A stretch of 64,000 nt of DNA from Azolla caroliniana. Its lineage: Eukaryota > Plantae > Polypodiophyta. The translations under genes were made by a program, and so were the position numbers. This document shows positions 62,967 through 64,000 of this stretch, piece by piece. The DNA lies in assembly GCA_043228905.1 (NCBI GenBank), contig JBHGNT010000098.1, positions 1 through 64,000 of the forward strand, in the 5' to 3' direction. The notes beneath the pieces are model-generated. The model was not told the DNA's origin. It searched no databases and worked only from the letters and a program-made list of their open reading frames with translations. Position 1 is the first letter of the stretch. The number at the start of each line of letters is the position of its first letter.

Positions 62967-64000
62967 TGACACGAAATATAAGGAATATTACTCAGCCACA
63001 ACCGAGTCTCAGATTGTGTCGTTTCGAATAGAATCAGACACCGAGAATGGGAACGGAGGAGCAATACACGTGCACGCAGACAACGAGAAACAAGAGAGGG
63101 TGCACATGATGTTTACGTGGAAAACCCTAAACGGGAAAAACCACGGGAGACCACAAGCTCCAAACTATCACAATGTCTTAGAGGAATACAATAGGGGAAC
63201 ACAGAGGCAACGACCTGGTGATCACAATCTTTGCCTAACGGCTGTTACAATAGGGACTCACTCTATATCTCTCTCGCTCTCTGTTACGCTCTGTACAATA
63301 GTTACACACAATAACTCTATACAATGATAATGACAACAACAACAATTCTATTTGCCCTAGGTCATATTTATACTAATATGACTTTCGGGCTATTTACAAA
63401 TATGGCCTCAATGGGCTAACAGAGGACATATTTACATATATGTCCCTTCATCCGGTGAGAGGTTCTCACTGGGCCTGCGTCATCCGGTTCTCACCGGGTC
63501 TTCCTTGCCGGGTACTCATCATCTGGTTCTCACCGGGTCTTCTGTTGCCGGGTACTCATATCCCATCTAGAGGGACTGAATTCGTAACAAACTCCCCCTT
63601 CACTCCGGCATGGGATGTCTGGTTAGTCCAATTCCCTTCCGGCATGCGCCCAACTTGTCGGGCGTCAGCCCCTTGGTCAGTATATTTGACCCATTGTCCT
63701 CCGTGTGGATCTTCGTCAACACGAACTCTCAATCTTCCACTCGCTCTCGGATCCAGTGGTACCTCCGCTGGACGTGCTTCGTCCTGGAATGATAGGTTGT
63801 GTTCTCGCAAGGTGGATGGCACTTTGACTGTCGCAATAGAGCCGGTATTTCTCTTGCTGGATCCCTAGCTGTTCGATGAAGTCCTTCATCCATAGTATTT
63901 CCTTGCCGGCTTCCACAGCCGCCATGTACTCCGCCTCTGTGGTTGACAACGCAACCGTCTTATGTAGCCTTGACTGCCACGAAACAACTCCCCCTACATA
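62967..64000 (-). mobile_element. 3' end of a Tork-like Copia (3' LTR 62967-63589, PPT, RNase H), runs off the window end
   Basis: LTR similar to 27196.. and 35045..; STTEAEYMAAVEAGKE..LYCDSQSAIHLA. Confidence 0.9.

Overview
Eukaryotic land-plant genomic DNA, probably a non-seed plant (inferred from Tcn1-type chromoviruses). Positions 1-46.2 kb and 57.3-64 kb are nested LTR retrotransposons (Ty3/Gypsy chromoviruses, non-chromoviral Gypsy, Tork/Tnt1-like Copia), and several nests are bounded exactly by target-site duplications. One host gene is present: a 12-exon SULTR/SLC26 sulfate transporter with a STAS domain (52162-55916, +, 668 aa). Main observations: (1) four diverged chromovirus LTR families each carry an antisense, outward-facing tRNA-like A-box/B-box cassette with tRNA spacing at the U3 tip; (2) three of them lack a tRNA PBS and show co-varying Tf1-type self-priming pairs exactly 32 nt downstream of a TATA box; (3) a 134-bp fold-back element made of two head-to-head U3 ends of an LTR family in this window is inserted with TG..CA ends and a 5-bp TSD; (4) a pol-less Gypsy derivative with identical LTRs retains a conserved coiled-coil extra ORF. 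All comparisons were made by eye, with no database searches.
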